Assembly: GCA_000004985.1 (NCBI GenBank)
Contig: GG738912.1
Direction: 5' to 3' (one strand)
From: Naegleria gruberi
Lineage: Eukaryota
DNA: 64,000 bases
Shown here in pieces: positions 63,444 to 64,000 of this stretch. Within the stretch, counting starts at the first letter, position 1, and each line of letters begins with the position of its first letter. The notes beneath the pieces were generated by a model that made no database searches, was not told the origin of the DNA, and was given only the letters and a program-made list of their open reading frames with translations. A program made the position numbers and the translations under genes.

Positions 63444-64000
63444 TTTTTTTAATGGTTGATCCAATTTTAAAAGTTTACAATTTTAAATAATTTAATTGTT
63501 TGTGATATATGATGATACTAAATTCTGATGATTGTAAGAATGCATTCATTTTGTATTGATATTAAAGAAAATTTTTAATAATTAAGTGTTGTAAACAACT
63601 GATACCAAAATGGATTGGAACTAACTTTGGGAATTTTAATTTACGCATGAATTTCACAATTCAAGGTTATTTGCATCATTTTTCGGTTACTCAGTATTTT
63701 ATACAATGAATTGTAAAATGATCAAATAGTTTACAATAGCCGATTGCAACTTTGAAATATAACTTCCAAAATGATTTAAAGATGAAAGCAAGCATACACC
63801 ATGAATCTGTATTATTCAACATCTCTTTCTGAATCTACCATAGAAATCAAGGTCATCACAGGTCTTGCAGGAAGTGACTGATTTCAAGCCTTCTTTAAAA
63901 CAATCAGAATTAATAATATAATTAAAACATTAATAAACAAAATTATTTTTAATGGAACCAGGTTAGTAATTGTTTGAGATTTCTCTAATTGAGCTGTACC

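Noticed and set aside
1-64000. CRISPR arrays, rRNA, operons and prokaryotic mobile elements.
   Set aside because: The sequence is clearly eukaryotic: spliceosomal introns, Kozak contexts and eukaryotic gene families. No regularly spaced direct repeats with unique spacers and no rRNA-like segments were seen.

Overview
This 64 kb window is AT-rich, gene-dense eukaryotic nuclear DNA. Stop codons are standard, introns are short GTAAGT...AG (42-130 nt), start codons sit in A-rich Kozak contexts, and poly-Asn/Gln tracts are common. It is probably from an amoebozoan or dictyostelid-like protist, but that is inference. It is not prokaryotic, so no operons or CRISPR arrays are expected and none were seen. 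I can support about 38 protein-coding genes and one tRNA-Gln(UUG) gene. No transposons or rRNA are evident. Several ORF-track entries are exons of one gene, and I joined them by finding canonical splice sites that keep conserved motifs in frame. These are a G-protein beta subunit (4 exons), an E2 ubiquitin-conjugating enzyme (4 exons), three Zn2Cys6 transcription factors (2-3 exons each), an Hsp70-like gene (3 exons), a sterol reductase, a GDSL/SGNH hydrolase and a large acidic protein (3 exons). Other recognisable products are an EGF/NHL surface protein, a tandem dual kinase, a PAQR receptor, a Kazal-domain secreted protein, a GT54 (MGAT4-like) glycosyltransferase, a divergent tubulin, a hemerythrin, a BioY-like transporter, an RGS protein and F-box-like LRR proteins. 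The most unusual content is fourfold. First, three adjacent genes (46.7-51.1 kb) each carry multiple PBZ (poly-ADP-ribose-binding) zinc fingers fused to different modules: a CCR4/nocturnin-type EEP nuclease, a UBA-like domain, and a class-II (CCA/polyA-polymerase-type) nucleotidyltransferase. Second, immediately downstream is a eukaryotic RNA-dependent RNA polymerase with a C-terminal Sel1-repeat array. Third, a block of Zn2Cys6 transcription-factor paralogs (37-46.6 kb) surrounds a divergent pair of RING-less B-box+NHL genes, including a recent duplication. Fourth, four highly divergent Hsp70-like genes have promoters that share a recurring GAAACGTGA motif. All domain calls come from motif reading by eye; no database searches were run.
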